Program-made: the position numbers and the translations under genes
Assembly (NCBI GenBank): GCA_039589315.1
Contig: JBDHHQ010000013.1
Location: forward strand, 64,001 to 128,000
Direction of reading: 5' to 3'
Source: Gemmatimonadota bacterium
GTDB lineage: Bacteria > Gemmatimonadota > Gemmatimonadetes > Longimicrobiales > Gaopeijiaceae
Length of the DNA: 64,000 bases
Notes under the pieces: generated by a model
The model's database searches: none
What the model was told of the DNA's origin: nothing
What the model saw: the letters and a program-made list of their open reading frames with translations, nothing else
Shown here: piece after piece, positions 46,881 to 56,452 of the stretch
Numbering within the stretch: the stretch's first letter is position 1
Layout: each line of letters starts with the position of its first letter

Positions 46881-47378
46881 GCAGCGACTCCAGCGTTCCG
46901 TCCCTCTTCCGGCTCACCGGAGAGCAGGCGAAGAACGTCTCGCCCGGGCCCCGGCTGCCGCCGTTCCCACGCGTCCGATAAACCGGTGGCCCCGGGAACT
47001 GGTTCCCGCCAGGAGGCGGACTCCAGCGAGATCCGCAGATCGGTGTCGTTGCGGCACCTCGAAGAGATCTCGATCATCCAACCGCGTGGCGGGCCACCGG
47101 TCGGCCGTCCCGAACGGGCACCGAGCTGCACGGGAGCTCCTCGGCATGCCACAATCTAGTATGGAGAAGTCCTTCTGCCATGCGACTTCGACGGTACAGT
47201 CTCGGCAGCCCGCCAGACTCGCGCACCCTCACAGCGGGGGGCGACAGCGGTGGGGCCCGGGAGCAGCGAGACTCGGGGGAGCCGTCGGGGAGGAGGAGCG
47301 AGGCTCACCGACGCCGGCACCTCGACGCGCATGCGCAGGGTCGTCCGCGGCAACCGACCAGAAGGCAAGGGAGAGCAA

Positions 47379-49100
47379 ATGACCCGAGGCGACGCCCGGG
47401 AGCTGACACGCCTGCTCCGTCGCATCGACGGTCGGGGATACCGAGCGTACAAGGAGATTGGTGGAGCGTGGGAGCTCGAGGGCTGCTCGCTCGTCATCGA
47501 TCACGTGCAGGGCGACCCCTTCGCCGACCCGAGCCGCGTGCGCGTTCGCGTCCCTGGGACCCGGTCCCAGCTTCCCCCCTGGGCGTGCCAGGCGGGGAGT
47601 CGGTCCGCTGGCCTCGCGTCCCACCTCGCCAGGACTTTCGCGCGACACGCAAGCAAGGTCCGCGCCCGGGGCTCCGGGAAGAGCGGGCGAATCGAAATGG
47701 AGTCGCCCGGTCAGGAGGTCCTGGCCCAATCCGCGGTGTCCGTGGCAGGGGACGGGGGTGTCGAGGCACGCTTCAGGGTCGGACTCCCGGCCACCGGGCG
47801 TCGCGTGTTGGCGGACGAGGCCTCCAGACTGCTCCTCGAGGAAGTGCCCCGTCTGGTGGACCAGTCTCTCGTCTTCGGGGCCTACGAGCCGGACAGCTTG
47901 CGCCTGGTGGTGGAAACCAACGAGGACGCCGATGCTCTCCGGACCCTGCTGGGGGGGCTGGGCCTGTTGGCCTTCGTAGCAGACGGATCGGTGCTTCCGC
48001 GGGCCAGCGGCGTCGACGATCGGCCCTTGCGGGAGGGCCCCGTCGTCCCGTTCGGCTCGCCTCCCACGCTCCGCGTGGAGCTGGACCTTCCGAACGCGGG
48101 GCGCGTCTCCGGCATGGGGATTCCCGAGGGTGTCACCGTGATCACGGGCGGCGGCTATCACGGGAAGAGCACCCTCCTGCGCGCCCTCGAGCGCGGCGTG
48201 TACAACCACCGTCCCGGCGACGGCCGCGAGAAGGTCGTCACCGACCCTCATGCCGTGAAGGTCCGGGCCGAGGACGGCCGATCGGTGAGCGGCGTGGACA
48301 TCTCGCCCTTCATCGGCCGACTGCCCTTTGGGGGCACGACCGACGCGTTCTCCACCGCCAACGCGTCAGGATCGACCTCGCAAGCGGCGGCCATCGTCGA
48401 GGCGCTGGAGGCCGGGGCTACAGCCTTGTTGGTGGACGAGGACACCACCGCGACCAACTTCATGATCCGGGACCGGCGGATGCAGGCCCTGGTGCCCAAG
48501 GCGGGCGAGCCCATCACCCCCTTCGTGGACAGGGTTCGCCAGCTCCACGAGTCCCGCGGTGTCAGCTGCGTCCTCGTCATCGGCGGTAGCGGCGACTACC
48601 TGGAGGTTGCCGACACCGTGGTTGCCATGCGGGAATACCGTGCGATCGACGTTACGGAGGAGGCCCGGGCGGTCGTCTCCGCCTTCCCCACCGGACGGCT
48701 CGTCGAGGTCTCGACCACCGTGCCCCCCCTGCCACGCCGGCTCCCCGAGCGGCGCTCCATCGATCCACGCTACGGGCGCCGCGACGTGCACGTGCGGGTC
48801 CACGCCACCCACCGCATCCGCTTGGGTACGTCGGACCTCGATCTGACCGCCGTCGAGCAGATCGTGTGCCCGGCCCAAACTCGGGCGCTGGCCGCGGCCC
48901 TGGTCCTCGCTCGGGAGTTCATGGACGGAGAGAAGAGCGTCCCGGAGGTGTTGGACAGAGTGATGGAAGCGGTGGACCTCGATGGTCTGGACGTGCTCGA
49001 CCCTCGCCAGGTGGGTGATCTGGCGGCGTTCCGTCGGCACGAGCTGGCGGCCGCGCTGAATCGGCTGCGCGCGCTCGAGGTGACGGTGGTGCCGCGGTGA
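47379..49100 (+). CDS. Predicted ATPase of the ABC class (ABC_ATPase family)
   Basis: DHVQGDPFA, GGGYHGKSTLL, ASGSTSQA, LVDEDTTATNFMIRD. Confidence 0.92.
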   Translation: MTRGDARELTRLLRRIDGRGYRAYKEIGGAWELEGCSLVIDHVQGDPFADPSRVRVRVPGTRSQLPPWACQAGSRSAGLASHLARTFARHASKVRARGSGKSGRIEMESPGQEVLAQSAVSVAGDGGVEARFRVGLPATGRRVLADEASRLLLEEVPRLVDQSLVFGAYEPDSLRLVVETNEDADALRTLLGGLGLLAFVADGSVLPRASGVDDRPLREGPVVPFGSPPTLRVELDLPNAGRVSGMGIPEGVTVITGGGYHGKSTLLRALERGVYNHRPGDGREKVVTDPHAVKVRAEDGRSVSGVDISPFIGRLPFGGTTDAFSTANASGSTSQAAAIVEALEAGATALLVDEDTTATNFMIRDRRMQALVPKAGEPITPFVDRVRQLHESRGVSCVLVIGGSGDYLEVADTVVAMREYRAIDVTEEARAVVSAFPTGRLVEVSTTVPPLPRRLPERRSIDPRYGRRDVHVRVHATHRIRLGTSDLDLTAVEQIVCPAQTRALAAALVLAREFMDGEKSVPEVLDRVMEAVDLDGLDVLDPRQVGDLAAFRRHELAAALNRLRALEVTVVPR

Positions 49101-50662
49101 ACGGGACCGGCGAGTGGATCCGCGGTCCCGCGGGCCCGTTGCGACTGGACGGGCCGTGTGGAGCGCCCATCGTCCTTTCCTCGCCTCGGGCCGTGGCCCT
49201 GGGAGACGAGCTCGGCGGGTGGCGACGAGCGACCACCGGCCCGATCACGCTCTTCGAGGACCTCGCCACCTCCCTACCGGTGGCGGACACCCTGATCAGA
49301 ACCCCCTCCGTCGCCGAGCGCGTCTGGTCCCCGGGGCCTCGGGTGCGGGAACGGGTCTTCCTGCCACCCAACGTCGACGGTCTCGTGGCAGCGTGGGCCC
49401 GCGAGGAGGAGGGGGACTCGGTCCCGCTGCGCCTGGAGTGGTCCGTCCCCGACGTGACGGGGTGGAGGCTGAGTCTGACGCGCTTGGCCGTCCGGGACAC
49501 GGGCGGCGGGCGGCGGCTGTTCTGCGTCCAACCGCCGCCCGAGTGGGACGTGGCGCCGGACCCGGCCCGGTCCCGAGCGCTTCGGGTCCAGGCCACGGTG
49601 CCCTGGGCGTCTGGCCACGAGGTGCGCCTCACGGTGCTCTCCCGGACCGCGCCCGCCACGCGGCGCCAGGGGCTCCGGGCGTTGGGGTTCCTGGGGGCCG
49701 AGCAGACGCGGGCAGAAACGGCACTCGAACGAGCACGGCTGGAGGAGCTCTCGCTGGAGACGCCCGACGTGCCTGGGGACCAGGTCGGATTCCGGTGGGC
49801 CTGTGCCCGATCGAGTCCCCCGTGGCGCGACACGGCGGCCGTGGCCGGGCCGGAGCCCGCGGGCAGCGTCGGTGCCTTGCTGGCAGGGCTCGGCGCCCTC
49901 TCGTTGGGCTACTTCGAAGAGGTCCGTCGGATGGAAAAGCTGACGCCGGCCGTGCTGGGCTCGCTCCTGACCGACTGGGCCGGTGCCGGAGCCGGGAGCC
50001 GGGCCGACGCGCCCGCCGGCATCGAGGACATCCTGGCCGGGCGTCCGCCGTCCGCGGCGCAGTTGGCCAGGATAACGAAGCGGGCGTCCCCTCAGGGAGA
50101 ACCGGTCGGGGCCCTGTCCGGAGCCGGGCCCTACGCGCCCTGGCTGGAAGCGTGGGCTGCGTTCGACGCGGGAGACGCCGAGGCGGGCTACCAGGCCTTC
50201 CGCGCCCTCGTCGAGCGCGGGAGGAAGGGGGGGTGGTCGTGGGGATTGGAGGGCGGTGAGCCGGCGGACCCGGCGCTGGCCGGGCTGGTCCCGGCTACGG
50301 TCGTCTTCGGGATGTTGGGGGCACGGGCGGAAGCCTCCTACGGCAGACTCAGGCTGGCGCCGGCGTTCCCCGGAGCGTGGCGCTCGGCCCGTGTGCGCAA
50401 CCTGCGCATCGGGGCCTCGAGGGTGACGGTTTCGTACGCGCGCGACGGAGCCGTCCACACATTCGGGTTGGAGCAGATGCAGGGCGCCGTCCCGGTGAAC
50501 CTGGTTTTCGAGCCCCGCGTGCCCGGCAGCGCGGTGAGGGGGGCGGCCGTCGACGAGCAGCCGGCCGAGTTGGATTCGACCCGTGTCGGAGACCGGGTCG
50601 GCGTTCGCCTCCAACTGCCCCTGGACCGGAAGCGAACGGTGGTGGTGCGCACCCGGGCGTGA
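49097..50662 (+). CDS. Hypothetical protein with a glycoside-hydrolase-like C-terminal region
   Basis: GTGA overlap with the ATPase; LRLAPAFPGAWRSARVRNLRIG resembles C-termini of (alpha/alpha)6 GH enzymes. Confidence 0.7.
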   Translation: MNGTGEWIRGPAGPLRLDGPCGAPIVLSSPRAVALGDELGGWRRATTGPITLFEDLATSLPVADTLIRTPSVAERVWSPGPRVRERVFLPPNVDGLVAAWAREEEGDSVPLRLEWSVPDVTGWRLSLTRLAVRDTGGGRRLFCVQPPPEWDVAPDPARSRALRVQATVPWASGHEVRLTVLSRTAPATRRQGLRALGFLGAEQTRAETALERARLEELSLETPDVPGDQVGFRWACARSSPPWRDTAAVAGPEPAGSVGALLAGLGALSLGYFEEVRRMEKLTPAVLGSLLTDWAGAGAGSRADAPAGIEDILAGRPPSAAQLARITKRASPQGEPVGALSGAGPYAPWLEAWAAFDAGDAEAGYQAFRALVERGRKGGWSWGLEGGEPADPALAGLVPATVVFGMLGARAEASYGRLRLAPAFPGAWRSARVRNLRIGASRVTVSYARDGAVHTFGLEQMQGAVPVNLVFEPRVPGSAVRGAAVDEQPAELDSTRVGDRVGVRLQLPLDRKRTVVVRTRA

Positions 50663-50681
50663 GCGGCGAAGGCCCACCACG

Positions 50682-50717
50682 AAAAAGCCGGGAGGCCCTC
50701 GGAGGGCCTCCCGGCTT
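50682..50717 (-). terminator. Intrinsic terminator (possibly bidirectional)
   Basis: AAGCCGGGAGGCCCT-CGG-AGGGCCTCCCGGCTT with a T-tract on the minus strand. Confidence 0.8.
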
Positions 50718-50739
50718 CGACGCTCCTCGACAGAGCGAT

Positions 50740-50928
50740 CTAGTGCTCCACGTAGCCCTCTTCCGAAAGGAGCGCCTGCAGGCGGCGGCTCCTCTCCGGC
50801 AGGGAGGTACGCGTGATGACCCGGGCGAGCTTGATCCTGTCCTCTGCCGGGACTCTGTCCAGCACTGCGATTGGAGCACCGTAGCGAAGCAGAATGCGCT
50901 TCGCATCCACGGCCACGGCATCTTCCAC
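50740..50928 (-). CDS. Small hypothetical protein (62 aa)
   Basis: SD AAGGGGG before GTG; own terminator; helical composition. Confidence 0.75.
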   Translation of the reverse strand: MEDAVAVDAKRILLRYGAPIAVLDRVPAEDRIKLARVITRTSLPERSRRLQALLSEEGYVEH

Positions 50929-51114
50929 ACAACCCCCTTTGTGAAGACTTGAAGTGGCCCAAACCCCCCGAATCTAAAGCGCTTAGAAGGATCCTGCAAC
51001 AGATTTGGGCGCCGAGACCCGTCGGTCCGTAGTCGTATGTTCCCGGGAGGTCGGGGAGTGGCCTCGACCCGTTCGTGGCTCGCGAACCCCTGAAACGAGG
51101 CGCTAGATTGCCCC

Positions 51115-51795
51115 ATGTCCAACTCGCCGAGCCTGTCGCGATCCGTCGAGGATTACCTGAAGGTCATCTACTTGCTGTCGGAGCGCGGCGGGCCGGCGTC
51201 GACGAGCGACATCGCGGATACCCTCGCCGTGCAGCCCGCCTCCGTCAGCGGCATGATCAAGCGCCTGGCCGAGTCGGGGTATCTGGAGCACGCGCCCTAC
51301 CGAGGCGTTCGCCTGACGGACGAGGGAGTACGAGAGGCTCTTCGAATCGTACGCCGGCACAGGGTGATCGAAACGTTTCTTCATCTGCGCCTGGGGTACT
51401 CGTGGGAGGAGGTCCATTCCGAAGCAGAGGCCCTGGAGCACGCGGCCTCCGACGAGTTGGTGGATCGCATGGCGGCCGCCCTGGAGAACCCCAGCCACGA
51501 CCCGCACGGCGCGCCGATTCCCACCCGGGCCGGCGAGATCGAAGCCGTGACCCAGACGACTCTGGCTGAATCTGCTGCTGGGTCCGAGCTCCGTATCCAG
51601 GCGGTGCACGACGAGGATCCGGAGCGTCTCCGCTACATGGAGGCCCGAGGCCTGCTTCCCGGGGTGCGTCTCACTGTCGAAGAGCGACAGCCTTTCGATG
51701 GTCCCGTCACCGTGCAGGTGGGGGGGCCGTCCGGCACGTCCCAGGTTCTGGGGCACCAGCTCGCCCAGCGGATCTACGTGGTGGACGCACGCTGA
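51115..51795 (+). CDS. DtxR/MntR family metal-dependent regulator with FeoA domain
   Basis: SVEDYLKVIY, RRHRVIETFL, EAEALEH, DPHGAPIP. Confidence 0.95.
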   Translation: MSNSPSLSRSVEDYLKVIYLLSERGGPASTSDIADTLAVQPASVSGMIKRLAESGYLEHAPYRGVRLTDEGVREALRIVRRHRVIETFLHLRLGYSWEEVHSEAEALEHAASDELVDRMAAALENPSHDPHGAPIPTRAGEIEAVTQTTLAESAAGSELRIQAVHDEDPERLRYMEARGLLPGVRLTVEERQPFDGPVTVQVGGPSGTSQVLGHQLAQRIYVVDAR

Positions 51796-51870
51796 CCGTT
51801 CCGGCCTCGGCGGCTGGTGCGGCATCCACTGTGGCGGCGGCAGGCCGTGAGCCCGACCGCCCGCACCAAC

Positions 51871-52965
51871 TCAGGTCGGCGTGATCACGGCCTTCGTTAC
51901 TCGCAGGGACTCCACGTCGGCAAGGGCCTCGTTCGACTGGTCCAAGGCGTAGCGTCGGCCGATGACGCGGGCGAAGGGCAGCCGGCTGCGGTGCTTCCCG
52001 AGGAGGCCCAGCGCCCGCACCAGATGGTGGAGCTCCGTACCCCACTGGCCCCGGAGATCCAGGTGCTTGCGGTTCAGGTGAAGGTGGGGATTCACCGGTA
52101 CCGCGCCGGCGTCGGTGTAGTGGCCGGCGACCACGTAGGTGCCTCCGTCACGGATCAGTGAGAACGCCTCCGGCAGCGCGGCGGGGTTCCCCGACGCCTC
52201 GATGGCCACGTCGACGCCCCGGCCGTCCGTAAGCGTCAGGACGGTGTCGCGGCGCTCCTCCGGCGTCACGCCTTCGAGGTCGAGCGCCGCGTCCACGCCC
52301 AGGTCCCCGCCCAGCGCCAACCGCGCCGCCGGCGCCCCGATCATGATCACGAGCCCGGCGCCGCGGAGCGCGGCGAACGCGGCCGCGGACAGGCCCACCG
52401 GTCCGGCCCCCTGGACGAGGACGGTGTCCCCCATGGCCAGCTCGCTCCGTTCGACCGCGGCGAAGCCGGTGAACAGCCCGCACCCTCCGCCGATCACGTC
52501 GTCGGCCGTGAGTCCGTCCACGAGCTTCAGGATGTGCACGCCCGGCTTGAGGTAGATGGCTTCGGCCCAACCGCCCAGCGGTCCGTCCGCAGCCGAGTAG
52601 GTGATGCCGTAGACCTTCCGGAACGGGCATCGGTTCGGCTGACGGGCGACGGTGCAGTGGTAGCATTGATGGCAGACCTCGTGCACATCCAGGAAGGTCA
52701 CGACGTCACCGGTCTCCAGGGGCCGTCCGAGCGCATCGTGGGTCACGTCGCGGGCGGCCGCCACCCGACCCACGCTTACGTGGCCGGGCACGATGGGGTA
52801 CGGCACGCCCGCCAGTCGCCCGTGGTGCAGGTGCACGTCCGTGCCGCACACCTCGCTCGCGACCGTCTCCAGGAGAACGCCGCCCGGCTCCAGCTCCGGT
52901 TCCGGCAGGTCCCAGAGCTCCAGGGGCGCGCCCGGCGCCGTCATCACAGCGGCTCGGATGGTCAT
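51871..52965 (-). CDS. Zinc-binding alcohol dehydrogenase family protein
   Basis: CGTDVH, CHQCYHC...C, GAGPVG. Confidence 0.93.
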   Translation of the reverse strand: MTIRAAVMTAPGAPLELWDLPEPELEPGGVLLETVASEVCGTDVHLHHGRLAGVPYPIVPGHVSVGRVAAARDVTHDALGRPLETGDVVTFLDVHEVCHQCYHCTVARQPNRCPFRKVYGITYSAADGPLGGWAEAIYLKPGVHILKLVDGLTADDVIGGGCGLFTGFAAVERSELAMGDTVLVQGAGPVGLSAAAFAALRGAGLVIMIGAPAARLALGGDLGVDAALDLEGVTPEERRDTVLTLTDGRGVDVAIEASGNPAALPEAFSLIRDGGTYVVAGHYTDAGAVPVNPHLHLNRKHLDLRGQWGTELHHLVRALGLLGKHRSRLPFARVIGRRYALDQSNEALADVESLRVTKAVITPT

Positions 52966-53087
52966 GGCGGGATTCTACGAGACCCCCGACGTCGACGCAC
53001 GCCGCGGGCGGGTCGCGCCTCCAACCCGGCCCAGGGGGTTGAGGGCCGTACCGCCAGCGGTGTCACCACCTCGAGCGGACCGACCCG

Positions 53088-54068
53088 CTATCCGCTGCAG
53101 GGAGGAGCCGAGACCCCCGGACGCGTGTCCATGCGGATCGTGCGGCGCACGAGGGAGCCCAGCACGCCGGTGCCGTCGCCCTGCAGGCTCTGGATGCGAA
53201 CCTGACCCGAGGGGTTGAAGTCGCCGCCTCGGACCCAGTTCACGAAGTTGCGGTCCACGGCCCCGACCACGACGGCCGCCGAGATCCCCTCCGGCAGACC
53301 CTGCTGGAGGAGCAGAGCCAGATCCCGATCCAGGTCGAAGCGCTCGAACACGCCGAACTCGGTGGGGAACACGATCGTGGTGTCGGACGCCGAAATGGAG
53401 AGGCCCACGAGGTCCAAGGGATCCTCCTCGACCACGATCCCCTCGGGCTCCAGGACGTCCCTCAGGCCGCTGATGACCGTCTCGGAAACATACGCCCAGG
53501 TGCCGGCGGAAGCGGTCCACTGGATCTCCAACGTCTGGCCGGCCCCCAACGTGCATACCGAGTTGCTGGGCGAGACGATGTCGAACCCCTCGGGCACCAC
53601 GGTCTCTCCCCAGAGCTGCCCTCCGTCTGGAAGGTCGATCACGACCCGGATCGAGTCGCCGTCCGAGACCAGGAGCTCGTCCAGGGGAGACGCCGCATAG
53701 CAGGTGCCCGGCACCCGGTCCGCCGGATCCTCCGTCGGGACGAGGCACTGGTCCACGTCCGTCTCCAGGAGGTCCATGGCCGCGATGCCGGGTCCGACGA
53801 GCAGCTGGACGCCGGCGCCCGGCACCTCGGCACCGCCTCCGCGGTTGCCGTCCTCGGTGCGGTGCAGGAAGGCGGTGATGCGGTTGGCGCCCTGGCCGAT
53901 CTGCACGAACACCTCGGCCACCACCAGGTCCTGGGATTCGGCCAGCGTGATCTCCTGCAGCTCGCACCCCACCGAGCCCAGGGACAGAGCCAGGCCGGCG
54001 ACCGCGGTCACCAGACCACCCGAGCCGACCTCACCGGAACGCCAGGCGCGTGATCCGTGCCTGCTCAT
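53088..54068 (-). CDS. Lipoprotein partner of the TBDR (DUF4249-like)
   Basis: Lipobox SVGC; C-terminal GDGTGVLGS; TGATG coupling to the TBDR gene. Confidence 0.78.
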   Translation of the reverse strand: MSRHGSRAWRSGEVGSGGLVTAVAGLALSLGSVGCELQEITLAESQDLVVAEVFVQIGQGANRITAFLHRTEDGNRGGGAEVPGAGVQLLVGPGIAAMDLLETDVDQCLVPTEDPADRVPGTCYAASPLDELLVSDGDSIRVVIDLPDGGQLWGETVVPEGFDIVSPSNSVCTLGAGQTLEIQWTASAGTWAYVSETVISGLRDVLEPEGIVVEEDPLDLVGLSISASDTTIVFPTEFGVFERFDLDRDLALLLQQGLPEGISAAVVVGAVDRNFVNWVRGGDFNPSGQVRIQSLQGDGTGVLGSLVRRTIRMDTRPGVSAPPCSG

Positions 54069-56392
54069 CAGAAGGAGATCTCCACCCCGATGGTCGGGAA
54101 GAAGGGGAAGTTGGACACGCCGGCCCGGGTCGGCGGGACTTCTTCGTACTGGAAGAAGTAGAAGAGAACGTTCCGCCGGTCGTACAGGTTGAGAATGTCC
54201 AGGTACGGGGTGATCACGCCCCACGAGGGCGTGAACGTCTTCCGAAACGAGATATCCAGCCGGTGATAGGTCGGGTACCGCTCCCCGTTCCTGGGGCCCA
54301 GCACGATGGCTCGATCCCCTGCGGCGGCCTCCGGCGTCAGACGCCCTCCGGACGTGAGGCGCGGCGACAGGTAGCTGTAGCTCCCCACCGGGCGGGTGAA
54401 GGGAACCCCCGTGCCGAGATTCCACCGTATCCCTGCGTTCACGCCCCATGGCATGTCGGTCTTGAGCACGATGTCCACGTCCAGACGCCGGTCGAAGATC
54501 GGGGGATAGGCCACGTCCGGGGGAGCGGCCAGACCCGAGCGGAAGTCGGGAAAGGTCCGCTCCGCCTTCAGCCAGGACGCCGCGATCCAGCCCGTTATGC
54601 CCCCAACCTCCCTGCGGAGCATGGCGTCGATGCCGTACGAGAAACCCTGGCCCTCCAGGAAGTCGTCGGCATTCGTGTTCGGATCATCGGCGAAGTTCGT
54701 GGTGATGACCCCGTCGAAGCTGCGGTAGTAGCCCTCCAGGCTCGCGAACCAGCCGCTCCGGGGATAGAGCTCGATGCCGACCTGGACCTGGTTCGATACC
54801 ACCGGAGGTGCCCGCTCGCCCGCCAGCACCCATACGTCCAAGCCGAGTGGCAACTCCTCGTTCCGGACCGAGTGGAGGAACTGTGCGTAGCGACCGACAG
54901 CGAGCTTCACCGCCGCGTCGCCGCCGGCCAGAAAGTGCTTGAGCCCGATGCGCGGCTCCGCGACGACGGTGGCCTCCCCGGGCGAGGGGAGCCATCCGTC
55001 GCCCCGTAGGCCCAGCTCCAGGAGCCAACGTCGGTTGGGGCGCAGGTCACCCTGTATGTAGGTCCCGATGCGCACCCCGCTCCCGAGCCCCTGCACGAAC
55101 TCGGTCCCGCCCGACATGGCGAGGTTGTCGTAGCCCGTGCTCTCCACGTCGGCCCCGGTGCGGACCGTCCACCTGGGACCCGGTCGCGTCTCGATCCCGA
55201 CGGAGGCCGAGAGCTGGTCGATCTGGCTCCGGAACAGGGCGTCGGAGAAATCCGGGAAGCTGAGCTCGGTATCGAACCGGGAGAAGCCCGCCCGAACTTC
55301 GAGCATCGTGGCCGGGCCCAGGGGCCGATTCCAACGCCCGCCCAGGGCGTCGTTCCCCCAGCGCCAGAATACGCGGAGCGGAAAGTCCTCCTCGTCCAGC
55401 GTGGTCAGGTTGAGGACGTCGTCACCGGTGTAGCCCGTGAACGACCAGCGGTGTCCGCCCTCGGTCCACCCCTCGAAGACGCCCTGCAGGTCGGTGAGGT
55501 GGTAGGGCATCTCGAACAAGGGCTTCAGGACCACGTCGAAGTACGAGCGTCGGCCGCTCAGACGCCATCGACCCGCCGACAGCCCGAGGCCGTTCAGCAA
55601 TCCCCGGGGCAGTCCTCCACTCACGGCCGCCCTGGCCGCGATGGCGCTGATGCCGGCATCGACCCCGAAATGACCGTCTCCCGGGTCCGTGTCCACCTTC
55701 AAGACCGAGGAGACCCTCCCGCCGTATTGGGCCGGGAAGCCCCCGGACTGGAGCTCCGTACGGGCCACCATGTCGGCGTTGAACACCGAGAAGAGGCCGC
55801 CCAGGTGGAAGGGGTTGTAGATGGTGACGCCGTCCAGGAGGATGAGGTTCTGGTCGGCCGAGCCGCCCCGCACGTTGAAGGCCGATTGGAAGTCCGACGT
55901 CGAGATGACGCCGGGGAGCACCTCGACGGCCCGGATCGGGTCCGACTCCGCCAATCCCGGAATGAGCTTCAGCTCGCCCGGGTCGATCTCGATGGAAGTC
56001 AGGCCGGCGGTCTCCTCGAACCGTGCCCGGCTCCGGCTCTGCTCGGCCTCTACCGCCACGCCCTCGATGGCCAGGGCCGCCCTGTCGAGGACGAAGTCCA
56101 GCTCGAGGACCTGGCCCGCCGTCAGCGTGACGGTGCGGATCTCCTCCGTGAAGCCCAGGGCCAGCGCGCGTACGTCGAAGGTCCCGGCCGGCAGCCCGCG
56201 CACTACGTACGTGCCCAGCTCGCCGGTCTCGGCGTATCGGAGGGGTACCTCGCCGCCAGCGGTGAGCACCTGCACCACGCCCGCCGCCACGGCCGCGCCC
56301 TCGTCGTCCCGGACTCTCCCTCGCACCTCGCCGTCCTGGCCGGTGACCACCGCGGGGCTCAGCCATGCGAGGATCAGCGCCAGACCGGCCAC
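54068..56392 (-). CDS. TonB-dependent receptor
   Basis: N-terminal carboxypeptidase-regulatory-like domain, plug (LPGV...VRGGSADQNLILLDG...NPFH), barrel ending in Phe; start refined to GTG 56392. Confidence 0.93.
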   Translation of the reverse strand: MAGLALILAWLSPAVVTGQDGEVRGRVRDDEGAAVAAGVVQVLTAGGEVPLRYAETGELGTYVVRGLPAGTFDVRALALGFTEEIRTVTLTAGQVLELDFVLDRAALAIEGVAVEAEQSRSRARFEETAGLTSIEIDPGELKLIPGLAESDPIRAVEVLPGVISTSDFQSAFNVRGGSADQNLILLDGVTIYNPFHLGGLFSVFNADMVARTELQSGGFPAQYGGRVSSVLKVDTDPGDGHFGVDAGISAIAARAAVSGGLPRGLLNGLGLSAGRWRLSGRRSYFDVVLKPLFEMPYHLTDLQGVFEGWTEGGHRWSFTGYTGDDVLNLTTLDEEDFPLRVFWRWGNDALGGRWNRPLGPATMLEVRAGFSRFDTELSFPDFSDALFRSQIDQLSASVGIETRPGPRWTVRTGADVESTGYDNLAMSGGTEFVQGLGSGVRIGTYIQGDLRPNRRWLLELGLRGDGWLPSPGEATVVAEPRIGLKHFLAGGDAAVKLAVGRYAQFLHSVRNEELPLGLDVWVLAGERAPPVVSNQVQVGIELYPRSGWFASLEGYYRSFDGVITTNFADDPNTNADDFLEGQGFSYGIDAMLRREVGGITGWIAASWLKAERTFPDFRSGLAAPPDVAYPPIFDRRLDVDIVLKTDMPWGVNAGIRWNLGTGVPFTRPVGSYSYLSPRLTSGGRLTPEAAAGDRAIVLGPRNGERYPTYHRLDISFRKTFTPSWGVITPYLDILNLYDRRNVLFYFFQYEEVPPTRAGVSNFPFFPTIGVEISF

Positions 56393-56452
56393 TCGCCCCC
56401 GGCGCGCGTCCCGCTTAGAGTGGGTTCGGCCACTCGCCGAAAACGTACGCCG

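Noticed and set aside
47120..47147. SAH-riboswitch-like CCGAGGAGC...CTCGG
   Set aside because: The internal CUGCRAC and CCAGG elements and the downstream pairing strand are missing; gene context does not fit.
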